A stretch of DNA of 64,000 nucleotides, from positions 33,184-97,183 of IMG/VR virus record IMGVR_UViG_3300020045_014031; one strand, given 5' to 3'. The notes under the pieces are model-generated. The model was not told the origin of the DNA. It was given only the letters and a program-made list of their open reading frames with translations, and did no database searches. The position numbers and the translations under genes are program-made. The DNA comes from a virus. Positions 8,676 to 19,900 of this stretch are shown here, piece by piece. Position 1 is the stretch's first letter; every line of letters starts with the position of its first letter.

Positions 8676-10817
8676 TTAGAAATTAAACATTTGACAATAA
8701 TAATGTTTTGCTTGATTAGGTAAATTACTTAATGATGTTGTAGCATAATTATAGTCTGTTGTTTCCCAATCGTTTGTTGTTACATGAAAATATTTCATAA
8801 CATTATTTATTGTAGTTCTTGCTATAAAAGCTAAAGGTTCAACTCCTTCTGGTCTAAAAGCAGTTACAACAACTTTATTACTTGATTTACTTATTCTTAT
8901 AGGTAAAAAAGTAGAAGGATTTTCATCCCAATCAATTGCATAAGTTTTTATCCATGTACTACCTCCATCTAAAGAATACTCACTGTTCCAATACTCAGGT
9001 ATTAAATCATTGTAAGCTTGTATTGCTCCTAAATTGTCTAACATTTCAATAGCACCAACTACTCCACTATAAGTATCTATTCCACCATTATTTAAAATAC
9101 CTCTATCCCAAATTTCCAAATCTAAACCATTTGCAAACCCTAACAAAGTAAATAAAAAAGCATATTTACGTCCTATTTGTTTACCACTTCTTTCAACAAT
9201 TAAATCAGGAAGTAATCTACCATCATAATTTCTTGAGTATTCATTTCTACCAACAAGACTACCTTTATCAATAATCATTTTAGGTATAAAAACACTTCTT
9301 CTATTATTTAATTTATAACGACAATACCAAGCTTGTATTTCCATGTTATAACCTAAACCACAAAAAGGATTAAATACAGTTTTAGAACTTCCAAATTTAT
9401 TAATTATAACATAATTACCATCATAATCTAATTGATAATGACTACCTTGTTCAGCAACCATATCTCCGTATAAACTAAATTCATTACAAGGTAATATACG
9501 TGGATAATCAATTATACTTACGTTATTTAAACCTCTTGAAGGTAAATCAGTTAGTGTACTTGGATTCCAACTTGCATTTAAGTTATTTATTGAAGGATAA
9601 TTACCATTAATATCGGGATAGTTATATCTTCTTTTATTACCTGTATCTAATTCAATAGTATAACCTAAAGTTAAAAAAACACCTGAGTATAAACTAACAA
9701 AATAACCTAATGTTTTATTTGATGCTCCATAAGCAAATACATTATGTTTAATGTTACCATTTTCATCTCCGTTTTCAACATCAGCCATAACTGTTTCTCT
9801 TAGTGTTTTATTAGATATATTATCACCTCCACCAAGCATATTACTTTGACCCACTTCATTACCTACATCATATATTTGTTCAAGAGTACCTGTAACCCAC
9901 GGTTCAGTACCATAAACAGCATTGTATTGATTATGACATCTATTATAGTAAGGTATTGCAGAAATAAAATTATAATAATCTGAATTCTTGTAATCAATTC
10001 CGTCTCTTGCAGGGTCTGCATCTACTATACCTCCATACACTAAACCTGCAAAACCTAATTCCCAAGCTTTTCTATTTGCTTGAATAAAAGATATGTGAGA
10101 TAAATCCCAATAAACAGCCCAATTAGGTCTTACATAATTACTACTATCTAAATAAGTTCTTTGAGGTATTGTTCCAAAATGATTTAAGTTTAATACATTA
10201 CCTGTTGTTAAGTATTGTAATAACTTTGTTTTGTTTGTTTTTGAACTTACATAAAAATCGTTTGTACTTAAATTAAAATCTCTCCATTTACTTATTACAA
10301 CACTATTAGTACTATTATTTGATTTAGAAGCTGATACAAAACCTCTTTGATAATTACTAAAATTAATACCTGATAAAGTAAATAATACAATCCATGTTAT
10401 ACTTGTTGTATTCTCACCTTCTTTACTATAACTAACAACTAAAGTATTGTTTATTTTTTTTAAAGATAACCAAATAGGAAAAGTAATATTACTTAATGTG
10501 TAGTAGTTTGTTAGTTGAGTATTTTCAGATTCTCTAATATCTAATTTTAAAGATAAGTATTCTTTATCAATATATAAAAAATAACAAGGTTTTCCTCCTT
10601 GATTTATTTCACTTAACAATGAATCTCTTACTATAATACCTGATTTACCATTAGATAATGATTTTATATATATTTTTGTTTCAAAATTAGAAGTATCTTC
10701 TATATTCCAGTAAACAAAACGAGCATTATCACCCTGTAAACCTTTTATATCTCCTATCCCTGTTAATTGAAATTTATTGTCTGTTCCAATAAATTTAATA
10801 CTTGCATCTTGTGACAT
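8676..10817 (-). CDS. tail-associated protein, N-terminal lectin (ConA-like) domain plus possible carbohydrate-active domain
   Basis: GDIKG..DNARFVYW..KSGIIVRDSL resembles ConA-like modules of secreted Bacteroidota proteins; G/N/Y/W-rich remainder; located in the tail module. Confidence 0.45.
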   Translation of the reverse strand: MSQDASIKFIGTDNKFQLTGIGDIKGLQGDNARFVYWNIEDTSNFETKIYIKSLSNGKSGIIVRDSLLSEINQGGKPCYFLYIDKEYLSLKLDIRESENTQLTNYYTLSNITFPIWLSLKKINNTLVVSYSKEGENTTSITWIVLFTLSGINFSNYQRGFVSASKSNNSTNSVVISKWRDFNLSTNDFYVSSKTNKTKLLQYLTTGNVLNLNHFGTIPQRTYLDSSNYVRPNWAVYWDLSHISFIQANRKAWELGFAGLVYGGIVDADPARDGIDYKNSDYYNFISAIPYYNRCHNQYNAVYGTEPWVTGTLEQIYDVGNEVGQSNMLGGGDNISNKTLRETVMADVENGDENGNIKHNVFAYGASNKTLGYFVSLYSGVFLTLGYTIELDTGNKRRYNYPDINGNYPSINNLNASWNPSTLTDLPSRGLNNVSIIDYPRILPCNEFSLYGDMVAEQGSHYQLDYDGNYVIINKFGSSKTVFNPFCGLGYNMEIQAWYCRYKLNNRRSVFIPKMIIDKGSLVGRNEYSRNYDGRLLPDLIVERSGKQIGRKYAFLFTLLGFANGLDLEIWDRGILNNGGIDTYSGVVGAIEMLDNLGAIQAYNDLIPEYWNSEYSLDGGSTWIKTYAIDWDENPSTFLPIRISKSSNKVVVTAFRPEGVEPLAFIARTTINNVMKYFHVTTNDWETTDYNYATTSLSNLPNQAKHYYCQMFNF

Positions 10818-10836
10818 TTTATTTATTATTTTAGAT

Positions 10837-10870
10837 TAAAATTTCCTGTTTTTTATAGAAGAACAGGGAT
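10837..10870 (-). terminator. possible intrinsic terminator
   Basis: imperfect stem TCCTGTT...AACAGGGA in the intergenic gap with a short T tract on the minus strand. Confidence 0.4.
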
Positions 10871-10919
10871 AGTAACAATAAAAATTTTAATTAAATAAAT
10901 TTCTTATAAAATTATATTT

Positions 10920-11312
10920 TTATTCTATTGAATTTATACTATGTTCTTCACCTAAAGTTAAATCTAATATTTTATCTAAAAATACTCCAGTAATAGTTAA
11001 ATTATTCTTTAATTTATTTTTACCAATTACACTACTTATTGTTTCATCTATATCTCCAAATGGGTGTATTGTATCATCTTTAATAAAGACACTGTTTAAA
11101 AATATATAACAAGTTGCATTTCCAATTTGGTCTAAACCAATTGCATATTTTAATAATATATCTTCTAAAAATACTAAGATATTACTTCTACTTTTCCAAG
11201 TATAAAATAAAGCATATAACAATGCTAATGGAATTATAATAAAAGATAATATTGTAGCTACAATAGCTAAAATTAAATTATTGAATAGTTTCATTATACT
11301 TAATTTTAACAA
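10920..11312 (-). CDS. conserved phage membrane protein
   Basis: N-terminal TM; AIGLDQIGNA..FGDIDETISSVIGKN motif of a widespread uncharacterised phage family. Confidence 0.6.
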   Translation of the reverse strand: MLKLSIMKLFNNLILAIVATILSFIIIPLALLYALFYTWKSRSNILVFLEDILLKYAIGLDQIGNATCYIFLNSVFIKDDTIHPFGDIDETISSVIGKNKLKNNLTITGVFLDKILDLTLGEEHSINSIE

Positions 11313-11321
11313 AATTTATTT

Positions 11322-11789
11322 TTAATTTAAGTTGTAAACTATTTGTTCATCCGAAATAATATTATCTACTTCTGTCATTATTATTTCATTTAAAGCATTT
11401 TCATCTATTTCACATTTAAAATATTGCAAAGAATCTTGAAACTGAAACAAAGACAATCCAACATTTAACACCTGAGTATTTTGCAATATCCTTTCATGTG
11501 TTATAAGCATAGGAAAAAAATCAACTGGAATAGCTCTTGTTTCTTGAATAAATATTTTTTCATCAAATTCATTATTTAAAAATATTTTCCTTCTAACAAG
11601 TTTCCATGTTATTTTAATACAATCAATTAATTCAAAAACACCGTCTTGATTTGGTATTTCTGATTTTATTTTTTCTGGAGATAATTTTTCAATTATCATA
11701 AAATTAGGCTTCATTAAACCCAATTGAGCGTCTTCCTTTTCGATTAAAGGTATTGCTATAAATCCTGCTTTAAATAATCTTTTATCCAT
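11322..11789 (-). CDS. hypothetical protein, possible tail spike chaperone
   Basis: 155 aa, immediately downstream of the tail spike gene; function is positional inference only. Confidence 0.45.
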   Translation of the reverse strand: MDKRLFKAGFIAIPLIEKEDAQLGLMKPNFMIIEKLSPEKIKSEIPNQDGVFELIDCIKITWKLVRRKIFLNNEFDEKIFIQETRAIPVDFFPMLITHERILQNTQVLNVGLSLFQFQDSLQYFKCEIDENALNEIIMTEVDNIISDEQIVYNLN

Positions 11790-11790
11790 T

Positions 11791-14637
11791 TTAGTATTTT
11801 AAAATTCTATAAACTATTGTTGAATTGTTTCCTGTTTCTACTGTACCTGATGTATTTCTTGCATTTATTACAAGATTATTAGAAGTTGCAGTATAATCAA
11901 AATTTGCAATTGTACCAGAATGTGTTTTGATACTTAATTGTACTATTGCATTAGGGGTTAATCCAGATATTGTAATATTTCCTGATGTACCAGAAGTTAA
12001 TGTAACAGTATTATATTCTTCTGCAATTGTTCCTGTTATCTCCTCTGTAAAAACAGAACCCCTTACAAATAAATAAGTTCTACCATTTATTAATTTTGTG
12101 TCTCTTCTATTTTTTAAATAAAATCTACCATTTCCAAAGCCTACTGCATCATGCTTTAGTGTTGTAAAATCATCTTTACATTCTATTATTATTATTTGAG
12201 CAGGTGTTGCCCCTGAAAAGTAATTAATAAAAGTAGATGATGTATTAGCAGTTTGAAAATAATTAGACTTTGAAACATCAGGAGCAGTCGAATTTACAGT
12301 CAGTGTTGCTATTGCTGTATTACTATTACTATCATAATAATTACCTAATACAATAGGAACTTTAGGTCTTATAATTTTAGGTATAAACCCAGACCTAAAA
12401 AATTCTAAAAAAGAATAAGCAGAACTACCATCATCTTTTATTGTACCTATTATAAATTTATCTTTTAATTGTGCAATTCTTATATTTTTTTCATCTGTGT
12501 CTGCATCTGTAACATTATATATATCTGCAACAGAATTTTTACTTGATAATTGAAAATTACCATCAGTATCGTAAAAATGCTGAGTACTTTTATGAGTACC
12601 ATCTGAATTTTTATTATAAATGACTAAATTATTTGTACCACCAGATTTTTTTAAATTTCTTAATTGAATACCTCCACCAGATTGTGTAAAAATAAATCCT
12701 GATAAATCATCAGCAACATCAGTTTCAGTCACACCAATAGAAGGTAAACTTCCTATTACATGGCAAACAGCATCTGCAACAGCATTTGCAGGAGAAATAG
12801 CTTCTTTACCAATTATCCATTTAGGTTTAACTGGATTGAATATTCCGTCAAAATGATTTGAACCTAAATTGTAAATACCACTTCTACAACCCTTTGGAAT
12901 ATTGAAACTCAATCTAATATCTTTTAAGGTGTAGTTATTATTATAACCTATACCTTCATTTGTAATAGATGATAAGCCAGAAAAGGTTATAGTAGGTGTA
13001 TTAATTTCACTCGTAGTATTAACAAGAATAATAGCTTCTGTTACATCATCCCCTAATGTAGTATCAGGTGTGTATTTGTTACCAAATGCACCATAGATAT
13101 TAACAGAACAATCTCTATAACTGTCACCTATTTCAATTACATAAGGCTGAGCATATTTAAAGCCTGTTGTAGCACCATAATAGGGATTTGGTTTCATTTC
13201 TCCTCTTGTAGAATAAAAATTAAATACTCCTCCAGATAAAGTACTACTGATTTTGATTACTGCTCCTGCTGTATTAGCATCGCCATCACAATTATTGAAT
13301 ACTACAACACCATTACCACTATTTTGACCAAGCCACTCTATACCATATCCGCCATTCCAATAGCAGTTAATGTGACTTAAATAACCCGGTACTCCACCTT
13401 TCCAATTAAAAAAGCCTGATTCTGGAAATTCTCTAATTTGAATATGACTTATATCATGTGTTCCGTTTAATCCTGCATAATTATCTATATCATCTCTATC
13501 AGTCCCTATATTTCTTAATGAAATACCCCTTCCTACTGTATTTGAATTATTCCCTCTAAGAATAAAATTACCAAAATTAATTCCTGTAATTCTTTCTTGG
13601 TCTAAGCTTCTAAAGGTTCTAAATACAATTGCATCATCATTAACATTTGTTAATTGCATCAATACAGTTACATCTTGATTACCTTCATCTGGAGGTGTGT
13701 GTCCTGCACCTTCATTTCTTCTACCAAAGTCTCCTGTACCTGTTCCTCTGCAATAAATTCCATCAGGGAATGCAATTTGAGTGAAGAAATAAGAACCCTT
13801 TGAAAGATGTACTTTTTTTATAGTAGCATCAGCAAAATCTAAACAAGCTTGTATTTCATCTGTAGAATCATAAACAGGAATTGTAAATGATGAATCTTCA
13901 AAATATCCATCACAAATATTTACAGTAATACCATTAACAGTTCCTGTTACAGTTTTTGTATAGAAATTTTGATATACTTTAGCACCAAAGTTCTCAGGCT
14001 TTAAATAATCATAATTTGTAGCTTTTATTCTTTTTCCTGATGTTGTAACTAATATAGTTCCTCCATTGTCAGTACTTGTAGTATCTGCACTATCATAGTA
14101 CCAGTCTTTTATTCTTCCTTGCTCTTTACATTGAAAAGAAGAAACTAAAGTTAATTGGCTATTTGTCAATAACCTAAGTTCTTCGATTGTAAATCCAGTA
14201 AATAATTTCCAAATAAAAACAAACCAACTTAATATTGTTGTATTATTACTTGAAATTAAATCTAAATAAACACCGTTATAAAAATACTTAACAAAAGAAT
14301 TAGAAAAAGTTTCATCTTTTATAACATAAATATTACATATTAAATTTCCATAGTTATTAAGGTTAATATCTTCTTTTTTTACATAAAAATCCCCATAACT
14401 TGTACTTATACATTTTTTGTTAGTATTCGTATTATAATATCCCGAACCGTTCCAACCTTTTAAGTAAGAATTATTTATACAATAAATTGTTTTTATATCT
14501 CCTTTTAACGGTAAAAGAGATTCGTTATTAAAATAACGAATCTCTACTGTATCAAAAAGATTGATAGCTTTATCTACAAATTTCAGTATTTCTGAACCTA
14601 TATATTTATCTTCTTCTTTATAGTTAATTATTTTCAT
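11791..14637 (-). CDS. tail spike / receptor-binding protein with beta-helix (pectate lyase-like) domain
   Basis: YYDSADTTSTDNGGTILV tailspike motif, PENFGAK and DSTDEIQACLD..VHLSKGSY beta-helix cap, G/N-rich repeats. Confidence 0.8.
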   Translation of the reverse strand: MKIINYKEEDKYIGSEILKFVDKAINLFDTVEIRYFNNESLLPLKGDIKTIYCINNSYLKGWNGSGYYNTNTNKKCISTSYGDFYVKKEDINLNNYGNLICNIYVIKDETFSNSFVKYFYNGVYLDLISSNNTTILSWFVFIWKLFTGFTIEELRLLTNSQLTLVSSFQCKEQGRIKDWYYDSADTTSTDNGGTILVTTSGKRIKATNYDYLKPENFGAKVYQNFYTKTVTGTVNGITVNICDGYFEDSSFTIPVYDSTDEIQACLDFADATIKKVHLSKGSYFFTQIAFPDGIYCRGTGTGDFGRRNEGAGHTPPDEGNQDVTVLMQLTNVNDDAIVFRTFRSLDQERITGINFGNFILRGNNSNTVGRGISLRNIGTDRDDIDNYAGLNGTHDISHIQIREFPESGFFNWKGGVPGYLSHINCYWNGGYGIEWLGQNSGNGVVVFNNCDGDANTAGAVIKISSTLSGGVFNFYSTRGEMKPNPYYGATTGFKYAQPYVIEIGDSYRDCSVNIYGAFGNKYTPDTTLGDDVTEAIILVNTTSEINTPTITFSGLSSITNEGIGYNNNYTLKDIRLSFNIPKGCRSGIYNLGSNHFDGIFNPVKPKWIIGKEAISPANAVADAVCHVIGSLPSIGVTETDVADDLSGFIFTQSGGGIQLRNLKKSGGTNNLVIYNKNSDGTHKSTQHFYDTDGNFQLSSKNSVADIYNVTDADTDEKNIRIAQLKDKFIIGTIKDDGSSAYSFLEFFRSGFIPKIIRPKVPIVLGNYYDSNSNTAIATLTVNSTAPDVSKSNYFQTANTSSTFINYFSGATPAQIIIIECKDDFTTLKHDAVGFGNGRFYLKNRRDTKLINGRTYLFVRGSVFTEEITGTIAEEYNTVTLTSGTSGNITISGLTPNAIVQLSIKTHSGTIANFDYTATSNNLVINARNTSGTVETGNNSTIVYRILKY

Positions 14638-14639
14638 TT

Positions 14640-14969
14640 TTAAAGTGTTTTAACAGTACAAAGTAATGTAGTTGATAAACCTGTAATTAATGTTATAGAT
14701 ACGTTATTTGTTTCATTATACGAAATATCTAAATTTTGACCTTCATACAAAGCAACAGGACTTGCTGAACCTATTGTAATTGTTGCATTAACTCCTTTTA
14801 CTAATACACTAAGTGAATGAAAACTTCCTATAGGATAATTTTTTGTTGTATTAGCATTTACACTTTCAATACTTGTATTATTATATACATTAGTATTTGT
14901 AACTATATTTATCTGTTGAGGTAAACTTACCTCTCTATTTGTTCTAAAATTCTGACCTGCTATTATCAT
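14640..14969 (-). CDS. small beta-rich virion protein
   Basis: 109 aa, T/N/S/V-rich, in the tail module. Confidence 0.5.
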   Translation of the reverse strand: MIIAGQNFRTNREVSLPQQINIVTNTNVYNNTSIESVNANTTKNYPIGSFHSLSVLVKGVNATITIGSASPVALYEGQNLDISYNETNNVSITLITGLSTTLLCTVKTL

Positions 14970-15223
14970 TTTTCTATTTTATCTTGTTTAATTATTAGTA
15001 TAAAAAAATATATACATCCACTTATACCTATTGTTAAAATATATTTTATCCATTCTTGAGGAAATAATGATAAAAGAGCTAACGAAATTAAAAGTAAACC
15101 TAAACCAAAGTGATATTGATGATTAGTATTTATTTTAATCATTTCTCTAATACCGTAAACAAATGATGTAATAACACTTACAACACTTATAATACTTATT
15201 AACTTAATTATTAAAACTATCAT
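14966..15223 (-). CDS. small multi-TM membrane protein (lysis-associated?)
   Basis: three hydrophobic segments in 85 aa, next to a holin-like gene. Confidence 0.55.
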   Translation of the reverse strand: MIVLIIKLISIISVVSVITSFVYGIREMIKINTNHQYHFGLGLLLISLALLSLFPQEWIKYILTIGISGCIYFFILIIKQDKIEK

Positions 15224-15554
15224 CTTTACTTATATTTGAAACTTTATTTGTTATATATTTTTTAACTAAAACATCAATTGTTTCAGAAGTTTTACTTCCT
15301 GCCCATGAAGTAACTGCTGTTACCATTATAGCTGTATCTTCGTTTATGTACTTAAAACATAACCAACCTAATAAAATACTTAAACTTACAGAAATTATAA
15401 ATTCATAAACTATATTCTTAAAATTTCTTTGAGCTTCATTTTTTATGTTTATTAGTGTTTTAACTACTGCGGTTAGTATTGATATAGGGATAAATTTTAT
15501 TAATACTATTAACATATCATAAAATGTATCTATTATCTTTTGAATTATTGTCAT
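15204..15554 (-). CDS. holin-like protein
   Basis: 116 aa with 2-3 TM segments and a charged C-terminal tail. Confidence 0.55.
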   Translation of the reverse strand: MTIIQKIIDTFYDMLIVLIKFIPISILTAVVKTLINIKNEAQRNFKNIVYEFIISVSLSILLGWLCFKYINEDTAIMVTAVTSWAGSKTSETIDVLVKKYITNKVSNISKDDSFNN

Positions 15555-15558
15555 TTAA

Positions 15559-15903
15559 TTACAGATTTGAAACTACAATTTTATCAAATATAACAATGAT
15601 TCCTTCATTATTTTTTACAGCTACATAATATTCTGTATTATCTGAACTGCTGAAACTAAAAACATTAGATGTTAAGTAAGTTCCTGTTAAAGGATTTGTA
15701 CCTATATAATAAGTAATTATTTCATTTTTAATTGAATTAATTGTAATTAATTTAATTGTATCTACTATTGAAACCTTATATGTTAATTTACCAATATCAA
15801 TAGATGATAATTCTTCTCTTTTTTCTAAATCTTCATAATCACAATAACTATAATTATTAAATTGTGTTAATGAAGTATTTGAAGTATTACTAAAAATGCT
15901 CAT
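15559..15903 (-). CDS. hypothetical (tail hub region) protein
   Basis: 114 aa ORF in the operon. Confidence 0.55.
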   Translation of the reverse strand: MSIFSNTSNTSLTQFNNYSYCDYEDLEKREELSSIDIGKLTYKVSIVDTIKLITINSIKNEIITYYIGTNPLTGTYLTSNVFSFSSSDNTEYYVAVKNNEGIIVIFDKIVVSNL

Positions 15904-16132
15904 TTTTAATTTGATTTAAAAATATAACTAATTGTTTTTGAGATAAAAAAGAAATATTTGAGCCTTCTAAAATAAATGAGGTTAAGAATAAATTATCTAA
16001 TTCTTCATTATCTACTTGTTTCTTTGAAGCACTTATTGATTTATATTTATCTGAAATATGTTTATTAAACATAGTATTTGATAAATTAAGTAAAGCGTTT
16101 TCTTTTTTATCACATATAAATTTATCATTCAT
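15890..16132 (-). CDS. hypothetical protein
   Basis: 80 aa; contains a motif-encoded FILEGS. Confidence 0.55.
   Translation of the reverse strand: MNDKFICDKKENALLNLSNTMFNKHISDKYKSISASKKQVDNEELDNLFLTSFILEGSNISFLSQKQLVIFLNQIKNEHF
15960..15974 (+). repeat. dispersed motif copy GAGCCTTCTAAAATA
   Basis: exact core; reads ILEGS in the 80 aa gene. Confidence 0.9.
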
Positions 16133-16134
16133 TT

Positions 16135-16156
16135 TCCCTTATATTTTAGAAGGCTC
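16135..16156 (-). repeat. dispersed motif copy
   Basis: GAGCCTTCTAAAATATAAGGGA on the minus strand; encodes EPSKI-stop of the 249 aa gene; 21 bp identical to 56916-56936. Confidence 0.9.
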
Positions 16157-16888
16157 TAACTCAGCATCCAAAGATTCAATAATAGAAGCAATTTTTAACA
16201 TATCATTACTTTTTTTTAAACCTTCAATTGCTTTATATTTTAAAACAATGTCTCTTAGCTTTTGATTATTTTTATAAATCTCACTTTTATTAACAGAATC
16301 AACACTACCATTATTATACTCAATTGATAAACCTAACGTTTCTGTTATTTTTTGGTTTAACTGTAATGTATGAACTATATAATTAGAATTAGTATAACCA
16401 ACATAAAGGCTTATAGTATCGTTTATAAGTGTATCTTCTTTTAATTGAAGTACATTTTCATAACTTCTTTTTTTATCAATGTGATAAATATTATCGTTAA
16501 TTAATACTACACTATATTTTTCTAATTCGTAAACAGGAAAAGGAAGTATAATTTTTGACTGTTGTAATTCTACTGGAGTAGAATTAAATAAATTAAAAGA
16601 TGAGTAAATAACTTCAATCACACCACTTTTAATTTTTAATAAGTAAGAATCTACATCTGTTTTACCTAATGAAAAAGAATTAACAATTACTTCATCGTCA
16701 TTATTAAAAAAATTATCAATATTTGGAGAACTTAATTCAGTAAGTATAATTTTATCTTTTTCTTCATTAAGCATTCCTATTTCTAAAATTATTTTATCAG
16801 GAAGAACACTAACATTATAACTATTATCTTTTAGTGTTATAGTAGTTCCATCATTGTAAATTTTTGTTAATTTTATATTTGGTTTCAT
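16139..16888 (-). CDS. putative tail hub / structural protein
   Basis: 249 aa, between cargo genes and tail fibre genes as in crAss-like phages. Confidence 0.5.
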   Translation of the reverse strand: MKPNIKLTKIYNDGTTITLKDNSYNVSVLPDKIILEIGMLNEEKDKIILTELSSPNIDNFFNNDDEVIVNSFSLGKTDVDSYLLKIKSGVIEVIYSSFNLFNSTPVELQQSKIILPFPVYELEKYSVVLINDNIYHIDKKRSYENVLQLKEDTLINDTISLYVGYTNSNYIVHTLQLNQKITETLGLSIEYNNGSVDSVNKSEIYKNNQKLRDIVLKYKAIEGLKKSNDMLKIASIIESLDAELEPSKI

Positions 16889-16919
16889 ATTTAATTATCA
16901 ATTTTTAATTGAATTTACA

Positions 16920-19900
16920 TTAGTTTAAATCATCAACAAAGTGTTCAGACTGATACTTAAATTGAGAAGCTATATTTAAAACTGGAACAAGTTTACCTAA
17001 TTTATATAAATACTTATCAAAATCATAATCATCATCAGAAATAATTTTTACAGTTGCAGGAATTAAGGATTGTAAATTAGTAACAACACTATAAGCAGGA
17101 ATTAAATTTCCTGCTACAATCTCAGAAACAGTAGAAGGTGATATAACTGTTAAATCTCTTTCTATCAATAATGATTGATTAACTATAAAAGTTAATAAAG
17201 CATCATCTTCTTCATCATCAGCTAAGTATCTTAATATATAACCTAATGTCATAAATGACATGATTAAACTTAATTCAATTGTATTTTTTACAAGATTATT
17301 AGCATCTGTTTCTGTTATTTTTCTACCCTTATTATTTTTTAAATGTACATAATCTTTACTACCAAATATCCATGATTTATAAACTTGTAGAGTACCTACT
17401 AAAAAACCAGTAAAACCTAAATCAGAATAAGTTAAATATCTCCCTTTTATTGTTCTGTTTAATTTATAATCATAATGTTCTTTTTCTAATCTTGATGCAA
17501 ATGCTTCTGGCATCCATGATACTTTAAATTGACCTATTAATCTACCTACAAAAGATTTATTAATTAACTTAAATGAATGAGTATCGCCCATTACAATATC
17601 GTTAATTCTTTGAATTTTTAATATTATATTATTAATTACATCTTGTTCAATAATATTGTTTCCTTGTTTTTCTCCAATCCAATTCCCATCATTATCAAAT
17701 TTAGTATATAAATCTTCTTTTTCAAGAATAGAAATCATTAAAGCATATCTAATAGCTTGTTCTGATTTTTCCATTAATTTAAACCCGTAATTATCAAACC
17801 ATGTTTTCTCATCTAAACCCTGTAAATCTATAACATTGTCTTGAACTAATAATTTTTGAGCAAGTTTAAATACTTTAAAAGCTTCTTGTTTATCTTTTAC
17901 TATATTTGAAATCATCAACGATGTTACTTTACCCACATTTTTAGTAAATACAACAGAATCGTATTCTTGACCTGCATTAACAATACCATTAAAATAACCC
18001 CCAACAAAATTTCTACCTGCTGAAAAAGGATTTAACCCTAAAGATATAGTTCTTCTAACTTTAATTAAGTAATCAGTTATTTTACTAAAGTAAATACTAC
18101 TTCTATTTAACTCTCTAATTCTTTTTTGTATTAAATCATTAGTTTGTATAAACTCTTCTTTTGTTATTTTACCTTCTCGTCTTAATTGCCTTGATGTATC
18201 TAATTTCTCCAAGTAATAATTATATAACGTTTCAGCACTATCATAATTTTCACCTCTATACTTCTTTGTAAATTGATTTTTTATAGAATTTAATTTAGAA
18301 AAAACACCTTTACTTAATGAATCATTTATATTTTTCTGAACATTATTTACTAATTCAATTTCATCATTAAGTTCTTTTTCTGTAAAAGGAGAGTATATTT
18401 TTTTATTTTTTAATGCTTTTTTATTTTCATTTATAATTGCTAAAACACCTGATAAATCGGTTACATCATAATTAGAAAAAATATTTATCTCTGGTTTTGT
18501 CTTTTCTAAAAACATTACGTGATTAATAGTTTCTTCTAATAAAGTTAATTCATTAGACAAACCTTGACCTTTATCAAATTTCTTATCTGTTCCTTTACCT
18601 CTTTCTATAACAATATTTCCTTTATAGTCTTTCTGTATTGGTGTAGCATTCTTTAAAATACTTTGACCTAATAATACAGGTGCTTTAATTTGAGTATAGT
18701 AATAGTAATGATAAACAGAATCACCAAACAATTTTAATACAGGAATTAAATTAGTTGAAAAATCACCTTTATCTTTTGTAAAATTAGCTGAGTTTTTATG
18801 TTCTCCTATTTCTGGAATAAAATTAATAGGTATTTCTTTATAATCATTTATATTATCTGATGCTGTAAAATTAGGTAATGTTAATAAATCTTTTACTTGT
18901 TCTTGAAAAGATAAACCTTCTTTTACTAAATAACTATCTACAACAGGTATAAAATCTTCTGATATTCTGTTTCTTATATTAGCAGGTAACTTACTTTTTA
19001 AATTATCAATTACTTTAGATAAATTGTTATATACTTCTAATTTTTTATTATCTTTAAATATATTTTCAAAATCAATATTCCAAAATTGTTTTAATACAGG
19101 TAGTGATACAACATATTTTCTTGATGATAAATAATTAGGTTTATCTTTATTTAAGTTTTCAATATATAAAAAAGGATTGTTAATATTATTCCACTTATTA
19201 AAATCTTCTTCTGAACTAATTTCTTTTCTTGTCTTAACATCTTCAAAATACTTATTTAATAAACTTAACTGTTGATTTATTTTTTCTTGAATTACATATT
19301 TTACTAATTCTTTATTTTCAACACTAATCTTATCAGATAAACTTTTTATTTCTAATTCTAAATTATCTTTATTTATTTCATAACCTTCTGGTGTTTCTAT
19401 AAATAAATTTTTTAGATTTAAAACAGTACCTTGAACTTTATGGTTTAAAGATTGGTCTTTCCATACTTCTTTAGATGTAGCTAAATCATTAGCTCTATTT
19501 TTTCTCAATAATAAAACTCTTTCGTTTTCCATCCAAGAAGAAGTAAAGGCTTTAATTAATCTTATATCAGGTTCTTTTCCTTCTTTATTAACAGTTAAAA
19601 AATCTTTTGTATCAATTTTATTTTCTTTAACTATTTTCTCAATATCAATAAGAATATCTTGTAAACTATTAGATTCTCTTTTTTTAGATACATAAGCTAA
19701 ATCTAAAAATTTATTAATAGCTTGTACTGCAATATTAGCTGTTCTACCAGAACCAAGTAAAAAAGAACTTACAACATTTCTATCTGAAATATCTGTTGTT
19801 AAATTTTCTTTTTTAATTTCTTCACCTATATTACTTTCTTTAATAAAAGATTGTATTTCTATATCTTTAAATTTTTTACTTAAAGAATCAAATTTAGATT

